Source of the DNA: Chrysomallon squamiferum
Taxonomy: Eukaryota; Animalia; Mollusca
Length of the DNA: 64,000 nt
Direction of reading: 5' to 3'
NCBI GenBank assembly: GCA_012295275.1
Contig: CM022677.1
Location: forward strand, 13,764,001-13,828,000
Below the pieces are notes generated by a model that was given only the letters and a program-made list of their open reading frames with translations, did no database searches and was not told where the DNA came from. Of this stretch, positions 1 to 11,475 are shown piece after piece (the first letter of the stretch is position 1; every line of letters begins with the position of its first letter). The position numbers were made by a program, and so were the translations under genes.

Positions 1-612
1 TTAACAGATAAAAAAATATAAGAAAAAGAATAATAACAACAACAACAACCACAATAATAACTAGATAATTTTAACAACACCAAACAAATTACATAATAAT
101 TGTGACACATCAGTTAACAGCTGGATTGGTGTGAAAAACATATACTCTTCATAAAAAGTAGGGAACTCTAATAAGAAATTACAATTGCAAAAACAATTGT
201 AAGGTATATTAGCTGCGGGAAATAACAGCGAATTACTTGGTCAAACTTTACAACTGGTAGTTCAGTAGTTCAGTGGGTTTTAAAACCTCCAAGGACGACT
301 GGGGTCAGAGAAGAAAATTTGAAATTTAAAATTTTATACGATGTGTAAGACATTCATTCAGTGGACAAGGCAAACTGCGTACAAGTCTCCCAGTGGTCAT
401 TTGACAGCGTTTGTTCCACTCCTCTTGCCTCGGTAGTACTTCCCAGAGATGACCCTTCTTTGTACAATATGGATTGGGTGTACTGACAGTTACAGATACA
501 CCTCCCCATACGATAACCCATCCACGGCTAAATCTATCATTAATCGAATTTTGGGATTTGCGTGCCTTTCATTTCGACCGTGCATGAGACTTTGGAAAAA
601 TGTATGTTGTGA

Positions 613-1269
613 AGACCGTGCTACTTTCAGCGTTCTGTAGATTATGTCTTGGCAACATTCACCCATTACCAGGTTCGAGATGAACACCGAATTCATTTTC
701 GATCAAACGCTTTGTCAAAGAAGGTAGTGTCTTTAACAGGCTACGAAACCATTAATTTTTACTTCTGTCTGAAGAAAACAAGCACGGTACAAATCTCCAG
801 TTTGCGATACTCCAATGGCAACGATCCCGAAGTCATCACAGCAGTTTTAAACCACAACAAATTGGGATACATTGTCACCATTTCACCAGATAACTGGAAT
901 GCCTTTCATTTCAGTACCGAGATGAAAGGATCAGTAATTCTGGAAAGAGGTTGGTATATTTTAAAGCTCCAGGTTCACGGATCTGATGGAGTGGAACTGG
1001 ACACAGTCAGTCTAGATATTGATGACAGCAGTCTCGCGCAGGACATGCTGCAGTGTAAACTTCACTGTACGAGTGATCTGCCCCGTCTGAACTCTTCGCC
1101 TCGAATTAATGTTCACAAAAAAGCTAAACTTAGACAGAAAAGTTACCCATTTAAATGTGCTGAAGAAGACAACGTGAAAATACCAGTATATCCCGACAGC
1201 GTAAAACAGTATAAACTAATAGCTACTCTACCAGTGTGTAAAGCTGACATCGAAAATAGCCGTAACTGA
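613..1269 (+). CDS. Open reading frame (probably an internal or terminal exon, possibly truncated) encoding a galactose-binding/CBM6-CBM35-like beta-sandwich domain plus a Cys-containing segment; uncharacterised invertebrate protein
   Basis: Stop-free frame from 613 to TGA at 1267-1269 in otherwise stop-rich DNA. Motifs SLRYSNGND...DNWNAF...VILERGWYILKL...DGVELDTVSL fit a CBM-like fold. The track start at 649 is TTG, not ATG. Candidate splice acceptors lie at 625-630 (tttcag) and 633-640 (ttctgtag). Confidence 0.55.
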   Translation, partial: RPCYFQRSVDYVLATFTHYQVRDEHRIHFRSNALSKKVVSLTGYETINFYFCLKKTSTVQISSLRYSNGNDPEVITAVLNHNKLGYIVTISPDNWNAFHFSTEMKGSVILERGWYILKLQVHGSDGVELDTVSLDIDDSSLAQDMLQCKLHCTSDLPRLNSSPRINVHKKAKLRQKSYPFKCAEEDNVKIPVYPDSVKQYKLIATLPVCKADIENSRN

Positions 1270-1341
1270 TCTGTTTTGTCACGGCCAAAGTTCTCTCAGC
1301 TTTATTACCTGGAGATAAACATTTTTACTGTATATATATTT

Positions 1342-1655
<314 letters not shown>

Positions 1656-2687
1656 AATGCAATTTTTATAAAACAAAATGTAGTTCTTACCAGGCTGGAT
1701 ATTTTCTAACAAAGAGATGACAATGAGGCTGTGTTACTGTGGAAACCAGGTTTCAGTTCTACGAGACAAACACACAAATGCGTGGTCTAATATACCCGCT
1801 TGAAGAGAACTTTGACCATCTCGTAATGGAGATAAAACTCAGGTGAGGTATGACATTTTCAAACCATTGTCTTATTTAGTAAACTGATAATTATTTACGT
1901 CAAATAAGAAAGATTACTAATCAACAATACACAATTATCTTTTCTCTTTAATATGAAATACAGCATCGAGGTCCGAGCTTGTTTAAATAATGGGTGGGGT
2001 GTAGTATTTGTATAGTTACTTATTACAACCACTGTTACCTGTAATATTAAAGCTACTACAACATTTTTGTAACATTCTCACTGCTGTTAACTTGTATTAA
2101 ATTTTACAAATAGAACAAACAACAACAGTTACTACTACAACTATTATTACTAGTGTTACTACTACTAGTATTAATAAAACTGCTAATAGTACTGTTGCTG
2201 TGTCAACTTTACTGCCACTACTAATATCAATACCACTAAACTATTATTAACTATATTTGATAACACTATTTGTAATTCTGCCACTACTACTAACACTTTC
2301 ACAACTTCTACTATTAACTACTATGACAGTACTAATTCAACAGCTGTTAATTCTACTCCTGCTGCTACAGATTTACTACTACAACTACTACTGCTATTGT
2401 TACTACTACTACAACTATTTCTATAACAACAGTTTTTAGTGTTACTGCTGCTATTGTCTTGTAAATTGAAATTCTTTATGATCAAATGTTTCTTTGTTTA
2501 ATATTAGCAGTATCATTTGTTTAATCTATTTATATTTAGTTATATATCTTAAACTCGTGTATAATTTATTTATAACTAAAACACGTGCTAGCGATAACAT
2601 GACCTAGTCATCTGTTTTGCCAAGAGCAAAGTTTACTTGGTTATCTTGAATTTATTATCTAGAGATACACTCAGTATAAGTCAACTT

Positions 2688-2850
2688 TACACACACAGTC
2701 CACACACACACACACACACACTGAGACACACACACACACATACACACACACACATACACACACACACACATACACACACACACACTGAGACACACAAACA
2801 CACATGCACACACACACACTGAGACACACACACACACACACACAGGCACA
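2688..2850. repeat. Interrupted (CA)n microsatellite
   Basis: Direct reading. Confidence 0.95.
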
Positions 2851-3792
2851 TATACACAGAAGCATTTATTCCTTTAATGTGCCCAGTGATGATAATCTTA
2901 CAACTTTTAATAAATCTCTCCCCCACACAGACGCACTCTTAGAATAAATAAATAAATAAATAAATAAATAAATACAATTAATACAGAACGCATGATTTTA
3001 TGAGAAATCTGTGGAATGTTTTTTCTCAGCAGATTTTGTATTTATTTATATATTATTATTATTATTATTATTTTATTTTTATTTTTTTCAATATAGCCTA
3101 TTACCCGTGTTTGTCTATGTTTGTCATGTTGACAAGTTTTAGATTCAATCAAATAACTTTATTATTAGATACTGCCTTTCTACTGTATTTAAAATAAGGT
3201 AAAGGATGTAAAGCATACATTGTTCATCATATTAAGAGCGGCCTTATTATTATTATTATTATGAAATAAATATAAATAAAGAATACTACTGCAGCTACTG
3301 TTACTACAGCTGTTAATAATATTTATGCAGCTACAGCAACCACTTCCATTAAAATTATTATTACTACTGCAACTACTGCAGTTATTACAAGTTGTCAACA
3401 TTACATCTGCTGCTGCTATTACAACTATCACTACTACTCCTATTAGTATTATTACTACTATCACTATTACGACTACTAATACTACTATTACTACTATGAC
3501 TGCTATAACTACTACTATTACAACTGCTATTGGTGTTACTTCTTCCACTGCTAATATTAATAATACCAATTATTTGTCTATGTTAATACAAATATTATTA
3601 ATCTTATAAAATTTAGTTGCTTTGAATTAATTATAAATTTTCGAAAAGTCCTAGGACCCAGTTTTAAATATTTGTTATCTGTGTTCATTTTGTTTATAAT
3701 TAACTTGTTATCAAACCTCGAGTGAGCGAAACAAGACTAAAGTACACTGCGTTGTCTAAGCTTTATTCCCTGGAGATAAACATTTTTACTTT

Positions 3793-3796
<4 letters not shown>

Positions 3797-3888
<92 letters not shown>
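3797..3888. repeat. (AG)n microsatellite
   Basis: Direct reading. Confidence 0.98.
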
Positions 3889-3891
<3 letters not shown>

Positions 3892-4019
3892 CCTATCTGT
3901 CTATTCACTACTTTATAATGCATAGCTTAATATGTGATTATAGAATGAGTTTAATTAGTTTACAGAGTGGCTTTATTATTATTATCATTGTTATTATTAT
4001 TATTAGTAGTAGTAGTAGC

Positions 4020-4059
<40 letters not shown>

Positions 4060-4127
4060 CACAACTGATGCTCAGTATGGTTGTTACTTTTATTAACAAC
4101 TGCTAATATAATTTGAGCAATGTCTTA

Positions 4128-4245
4128 AGAGGAAACCCGCTATAAAAAGAAACTTCCAAGGATAAAACACGCGATAGTTTTCACTGGTACTAGCTGTAAC
4201 GGGGAAATACTTGGATCCGCAGTGAACGTTCAAGTCTACACGACG
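4128..4245. mobile_element. Possible degenerate remnant of a molluscan SINE-like repeat
   Basis: GAGGAAACCCGCT...CACTGG..CTGTAACGGGGAAATA resembles, from memory only, a common gastropod interspersed repeat. Not verified. Confidence 0.25.
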
Positions 4246-5683
4246 ATGTATTATTGTAATTAAGCAAACTACTGAACGTCGAATCGAACATTTATTTCTT
4301 TGTTAATTTAAAAGATACTACTACTACTACTACTAATAATAATAATAAATAAATAAATAAATAAATAAATGTGACAAATTTAATGATGTGACATCACTCC
4401 TTTAAAAACAGACATGTAGATTATACAGGTTATGATTCAGGAACAGACCGCCATTTTGCCATTTTATCGTAAAATTATGTCGCTATTTACAGCGATGTTC
4501 ATTAGAAAGAAATTTAACTGACACAGACAGCTGTGATTATTACATTGTTAAATACTGTTGAAATGTGTTCTACAGTTGTCATAAAATTGGTGTAAATGTG
4601 CGTCATCTCAATCAGTGTTTGTCCATAAATAGAACCTCAGAAAATCTGAAGTAAGTGATTTAATCAACTTTTAAAAATGAATAAAATCGCATTATGGTTT
4701 GATTTGAATCATTAAAAGATGATTACTTTGATATGTCTATCATCAGTTTCGGCAGCATTTTTCTAATAGCTCCCCTTCTATGCAGTTCGGAGATATTCAC
4801 ATGCATGTGTTCTTGCTAATTTTGACGTACTTGATTTCTTTTTTCTCTTCTGTTTTTTAACTTCTTTTAATACGACTGCGAAAATGTAATGTATTTTCAA
4901 TTCCGGATTTTATACAAATCTAAACAAAAATTGTTTATAAATTTCTCATTTTCTGCAAAGTACTTACAATCTTCAATACTATTTAGAAGCAGACTGATGT
5001 GACATTCTTTTGAACAAATAAACTTGCTTTGTTCACGAAATTTGTTGAGATTCTTTTATTGTAATTTTGGTAACATTGTTCGCATCTTCGTCTTCGAGAG
5101 TCAAAGTGCCTCGTGACTAGACTGATTGTTGTGATTCCTTCCTTTTTGTTTAATTACTTGTTTGTTTTAGATACACCTCCCAGTTTGAGTAACCTTTCTG
5201 TAGACGCAAACACACACACTGAGGTACCTGTATATAAGTTAAGTGGCCACTACGATGTACGAACACTTTTCATAGTCACGATTGTTTTTCAACAGATATG
5301 ACACTTAGATCAGCGGACACCTGCTGAACGCGGACAGCATTTTCTTATTCTTATTCCACAACTGAAGCGGACAGTCATAACGATTTGGATTCGTTTTCTC
5401 CAGGATATTTTTGGAGATGGCGTCGACCAGTTCATGAACTGCACAGAGCATGCAGGGAAGTTTTATTATATTGTCACATCACAAGAGCCAGCGAACTGTG
5501 TAATACTAAATCTATTTATAACAATGAAATATTTATTAACAGTCAAATGTAACTTTCATATCTATTACCATGTCCTGAACTTGTTCTATACAAAGTTATG
5601 CGTAAATAATTTGCTACTTTTTAATTTATTGAATTAAAATTGAAAAGTTCCCTTTGACTACCTTCAGCCAATACTCGGCCAGT

Positions 5684-5686
<3 letters not shown>

Positions 5687-5758
<72 letters not shown>
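5687..5758. repeat. (TC)n microsatellite
   Basis: Direct reading. Confidence 0.97.
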
Positions 5759-5760
<2 letters not shown>

Positions 5761-6987
5761 GAATTTCAGTATATACATAGTATTATCATTCAGTCTCATT
5801 TTGTAAAAAAATATGATTTGCTCCCCTGATTTGATCCTCAGATAACACTGACATCTAGTGAAATATAAACAACAAAACTCAGAATAATTTAAATATTTGT
5901 TTGGAAGGAGAAAACAGGATTTAAATAAACATTTATATCTATCTATTTTAAATCTTTGAATATAATTACATAAATTAAAGAAAAAGCCTGTATAACAAGT
6001 GTCAGCAATAAGACTTGAATCACTTTAGTTATTTTGTGTAATATGTGTAATGACTGGTTCCACATATTGTCTGTAACAGAAAGATAGATAGATAGATAGA
6101 TATACAGATAGACAGATAAACAGACAGATAGGAAGATAGACTAAACTGTTTGAATATTATATTCTGCAACAGGAAACAGCCAAATTTTTCAGTCCTTTGA
6201 AATGCAAGTAAAATTCAAAATTATATATCTCTATGCAAAGTTTTTATGGTGTTTTCTGTACACACCAAACAAATAGAACCATTATTACAGTAATCCCTCA
6301 ATTATTTATGCTATTGTTATTTTCATTACCTTCTACCAAACAAGTCTCAACAAAATCCTTGAATAAAAATTTAGAAAAACATATTATAAGATGTATCTGA
6401 ACTTTCAAATTAAAAATAATTTTAAATGTTTCATACGGTTTTAAAGTGCTGAGAGGTGCCAAGATTTCTGAATAATCCAATAAAAGTATATTAATAAAAT
6501 AAAAATAAAAAGAACACCAAGACAATTGGTTAGAATAAAAATTAAAATTATTGGACAACTTGATATACAATGTAACCTGCAAAGTAGTCATTGAGAAAAT
6601 ATCTTCCAAACAACAGATCTTCTTCCATTTTATGTTTTATTAACAAACATTTTCATAAATCTTTACCAGTACATTAATACAAAAATAAAAAATAAAATAA
6701 CAGTTATCTCCCTTGAGCTATCCAATTTGTAGTTTTTTTAAGAAATCACAGTTTCACAGATTTATACATTCTTCAGTAAGTGCAGTCCACATAACAAGTA
6801 TATCACTTCATTTTCTTGATTTCACTGTATTTGATTTGATTTAATTAAATTCACTGTAGATGTATATATATGGAGGTTTGAGTGTGAATGTTTCATGTGT
6901 GTGAATATTTGAATGGGCATGTGTTGATGGGTGTGAATCTTTGATTGTACATCTGTTGATGTGTGTGTGTGATATACTAATATCTAC

Positions 6988-7106
6988 CTCTAGAAGTAAT
7001 TTTGTCAGTTTCCCATTTATAACCATCCATACAGTTACAGGTGTAGACTCCATCTTAGTAGTTTTAGTTCTGAGTATAAATATTTTTGAATGACATTCAT
7101 TTATAT
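6988..7106 (-). pseudogene. Decayed calcium-binding EGF exon
   Basis: ctttcag|...|gtagat boundaries on the minus strand. Translates as DINECHS..[frameshift]..DGVYTCNCMDGYKWETDKITSR, a cbEGF consensus with cysteines lost. Confidence 0.8.
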
Positions 7107-7587
7107 CTGAAAGAGAGAAACAAATAAATCACATCTCAATCATTAACAACAATTAAACTTACTCATACATTTTCACAAGTTTCCAAAATTATTCAAATAT
7201 CATTAATTAGTCAACTTTGAATTACAGGGGATATGATAATTATTAATAAACATAAAAACTATTATAAATTCTGACAAGTTTCTGAAATACTATTAACTGC
7301 TTTGAATTTTGTTTTAATTCCAGAACTGAGAATTTTAACTTAATAGCTAAAATATTTGCCATAATATTTGAACAGCACAAAAGCTACTAATGCATACCTA
7401 AGCTTGAAACTGACTGACTGAATATATAAAGAGAATGACATTATTAATAAAAAAAATATTTTTTTAAAAACCCAGATAATGGTAGAAATGCTGACATTCG
7501 GATTCAAAGAGATAACCTGAAATATGAATAAACTAAGAATGCTTGAAGTGAACAATTTAACCTGAGAACCAGATAGAACTGACTCAC

Positions 7588-7704
7588 CTGACGATGTTTT
7601 GGTGTCTGAATTCAAGGTAAACATTTCTACACAAACACTGCTCCACTGTGTCATGCACCCTGCAGCCCTGTTCACACGAACTGTTCACGGCAGCACTGTC
7701 ACAA
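7588..7704 (-). pseudogene. Decayed EGF-like exon
   Basis: ttcag|...|gtgagt boundaries. Translates as CDSAAVNSSCEQGCRVHDTVEQCLCRN[frameshift]FTLNSDTKTS. Confidence 0.75.
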
Positions 7705-8392
7705 CTGAACAAAAAATATTTTTATAACTTTATTATATTGTCACAACGAGAATAATTTAAAATTTTATCACATTCTGATGCAAATGAAAATAAAATAGTT
7801 TATAATTTTATCAAATTTTGTCACAGTTAAAATAACATTGTTAGTTCAAGAATGAAACCAAGCATAAATTCAACGATATAAAAAAATATATATTTTACAT
7901 GAATGAATGAATGAATGATGAAGACAGTGAACAAATGAGGAAGGCAAAGTGAATGGATGAATGAATGAAAAAATTGATAAATATCTGTTTAATAATAGTT
8001 TAATTATTAGTTGTCAAACATTATTTTTATTTTTTTTCATAATGTTCTTGAAAATTAATTTGCAAAAATAAAGTTAGTGTACCAAACAGGATTTGTTTTT
8101 GTTTCTTTTTTGTTATTTTTAACAAATGCTAATTTCTTAGTCACTGAAAGCTGATTTTCTGTTAAATAAACATTCTCTTAATTTTGAATAAAAAATTATT
8201 GACAAGTATAAAATGATATTTTTATTATTATATTTATTTATTTATCATATTTTAATGCAGAAAAGTTAATTTTGTGACTGAGATATTATTTAACTCATTT
8301 CTATGTAACTTTTCAATTTTTAACATCCTTTCTGTTTTCTTTGGTAATTAAAATCACAAAAATATGAAATTCATCAATCATTTGTATCATTT

Positions 8393-8610
8393 AACTATTT
8401 CATAAATAATAAGAAATCATTTCTAACATGTAACTGTTTATTATATAATAAGAAATCATTTATAACATATAACTATTAAAAATAAGAAATCATTTGTAAC
8501 ATATAACTATTTCATAAATAATAAGAAATCCTTTGTAACATAACTATTTCATAAATAATAAGAAATCATTTGTAACATAACTATTTCATAAATAATAAGG
8601 AATTATTTCT
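8393..8610. repeat. ~37-43 bp AT-rich tandem repeat (AACTATTTCATAAATAATAAGAAATCATTTGTAACAT), ~5-6 copies
   Basis: Direct reading. Confidence 0.85.
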
Positions 8611-8711
8611 TACATTATAAGTATTGATTAAGTAATATGTTATAATTTCAACTTGTTAAAAAAAAATTAACATTGAGTAAACTGACTATTTATTAAGTAT
8701 ACCCTGCTCAC

Positions 8712-8880
8712 CTATACATTCATTTTACAAGTTGTGATATCCTGTCTTACACTCAAATGATAGGAGACTGGCAGGTTTTTGCAGTTGCTGTTTGTTTGAC
8801 ATGAAACTGTTGAAACACTACATTTATCTCTGTTGTTTTCACACCACACACCACCCAGCCAGCTTTACACTGACAATGGT
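8712..8880 (-). pseudogene. Decayed EGF plus cbEGF exon
   Basis: ctctcag|...|gtgagc boundaries. Translates as HCQCKAGW[fs]GVWCENNRDKCSVSTVSCQTNSNCKNLPVSYH[fs]ECKTGYHNL*NECI. Confidence 0.8.
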
Positions 8881-9082
8881 CTGAGAGGGAAAACAAAAAC
8901 AAACTTTTGTGTTAGAATTGTTTTTATAAAACAAAATTTATAAAATTATAATAAAAGTATAATCTAAGTATTTCTAATTTTACAGAATAAATTGCTTTAA
9001 GTTCCAAAATATAATTATGTTTTTAAAATATTTAAAATGTATTTTTATATTATTGTATTTTGTAATGAGAAATTCTGCTTAC

Positions 9083-9214
9083 TAACACATATTGCCTGGT
9101 CATTTTCAATTTTCTTCCCAGCCAGACAGGAACAAGTGAATCCACTGATTCTGTTAATACAAGTATCAGTAATCTTAGTAATACTGGCATCATCTGATGT
9201 ACACTCAGTTGGAT
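9083..9214 (-). pseudogene. cbEGF-like exon (open, phase 1-1, one Cys missing)
   Basis: tttag|...|gtaagc boundaries, 132 bp. Translates as DPTECTSDDASITKITDTCINRISGFTCSCLAGKKIENDQAICV. Confidence 0.8.
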
Positions 9215-9418
9215 CTAAATAATAACAATAATAATAATAATAATAATAATAATAAAGTAAAAAGCTTATTTCAATATTTATCAAACCAAGGACTCTTTCA
9301 TCTGAGACAAGACAGTCACTCCTTTGCTACAGTTCAAAGAAAAAAAATGCTCACCTTTCTCATACTTTTTTCAAGTAGTAACCATAGTGACATAAACTGT
9401 ATAGCTCAAGGGAGATAA

Positions 9419-9458
<40 letters not shown>

Positions 9459-9779
9459 TTATCTACCAGTAAAGATTTATTAGAAAGGTTGTTACTAAAA
9501 CATAAAATGGAAGATATTTTCTTAATGATTAATTTGCAGATTACATTATATGTCAAGTTGTTTAGTGCATTTTAAATTTGTTCTAACCGAATGTCTTGGT
9601 ATTCTTTTATTTTATCAATATGATCTGTTCCCATGTCAAACCCTGCTTCTACATTCTCAGTCTGAGTAATTTATTTTTTTAAAAACTAATTAATAGTAAC
9701 AAAATTAAATAATATTAATATTAAAACATTCTCAGGTGGCATTAAGTAATTTATAAAATCTGGTAGTAAACTGAATTAC

Positions 9780-9961
9780 TTGTCCATTATACCCAGCATC
9801 TATTTACAAAGATGTTGAGCACATTTGATTGTCTGAGTGTACAAAATTATCTTGACTGCCAGGACTGGAGAAGTGATTGTTCTTCACTGAACTCTGCAAT
9901 ACACACATGGTCAAGTGGTCATCCGTGGCCTTTTTTCTGGTCAGCAGAAGGCTTGTTTTTC
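9780..9961 (-). pseudogene. Frameshifted paralogue of the 46260-46448 kinase-like exon
   Basis: The reverse complement shares GGATGACCACTTGACCA, TTCAGTGAAGAACAATCACTTCTCCAGT and GTATAATGGACA(A/G)|GTAATTCAG with 46260-46457. Confidence 0.85.
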
Positions 9962-11227
9962 CTGTAAATATTTATCATTAACCCTAATAAATAAATTGTA
10001 GTTAAAAAAAAAAAAAAAAAAGTTATAAAATTTATCATTTATCATTTTGAAACAAAAACAAACAAAAAGTGTATTTAAAAGTTATCTAAAATATTAAAAT
10101 TATAAATTATTTAGTCAGAATTTCTGAGAATAAATTGCGACCAAAGTTCCGTTTCGGCGACTGGGATGGTAAAAACGTTATGGGGTAACCGTATTTTTTT
10201 CTATAAGATATAACACAAGAAAAGTATTATTTCTTTCTTATAAAAGGTTTGCTCGTAATTCGATAAATTGGCTTACCTTAATTTGCCAACATTGGTTGAT
10301 AAACACTAACTTTCTAGACCAGATAGGCTCCATGCTATATAACTGTAGTCTTGATAAACAAAACCACCAGTCTCGTTGACCCAGTATCGTGACCGTTCGG
10401 GTCATCTCGGCCGAATAGACGGAGACATTCGAGTCCTCTGTAGATATACAACAGAATCCATTCACCTCAGAAAAAGGCCTGGTAGCAAAAAAAAAATAAT
10501 AATAATTAAAATAAATAAATAAATAAAATAAAATACAATCATATATCTGTTTCATTTAAACTTAATTTTTAACCCTGAGAAACTGTTTTGTTTTGAGGTG
10601 GTGTTCGGGGGGGGGGGGTTGCTTGTTTTTTAAGAATAGATATGACTGCTTTTTCTACCCTTTTTTTTTCTTTTTTTGTGTTGCTGTTTTCTTTTTTAAT
10701 TTAATTTTATTTTATTTAATTTTATTAATTTCTTTTATTAATTAATTTACTGATAACATTTCTTTTTTCTTTTTTAAAAATTATTATCGCAATTATTTAT
10801 ATATTAATATTAATAATTTTTATAATTATTATGGTTATTTTTCTTAATTTCATTTTTAGCTCAGAAATGAATACATTATAACTGTCCTAATTTGTAAAAT
10901 CGGAGTTAATTGTAAATACATACTTGAAATAATCTGACAGAAATTACTTCTTCAAACACCACAAGTTATACTGTGGCTGCGACAATAGACAGGAAATTAC
11001 AGGTTGGTCTCAAACCAGAATTAATTTCTATAAATTTTGTAATAATTTTGGTAAGAATAAACAAATTAATTACTTCTTAAATACTAAATAAAATTAGGTT
11101 CAGCCCAGAGCAGTCTCGATAAACCACGATGTTTCGAACATACACGGACTCGAATGTATGCTACGCTTTTCAAACAGCTGAACTGATTCGGTAACGTTTT
11201 ATTGTTGTTGATTATTATTTTTGATAG

Positions 11228-11441
11228 AATTTTGGAAATATTTCACGAGAATTCAAATGGATTCGGATGTTTTATGTTTGTGGTATTCCAACAAGAATCG
11301 GATGCGGAGATGTGTCCACATTTTCAGCCATGGAACGAGGTAAACATGTGTTTCACTGTATCAGTGTATGTGTGAAAAAACCAGAAAGAGAGGTATTCAC
11401 AGTATAAACTATAAAGTATTATAATTATCAGAGAGAGAGAG

Positions 11442-11475
<34 letters not shown>

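Noticed and set aside
2257-3609. Thr/Val/Leu/His-rich ORFs resembling mucins or membrane proteins
   Set aside because: They arise from degenerate (ACT)n, (TTA)n and (CA)n simple repeats; no splice or domain support.
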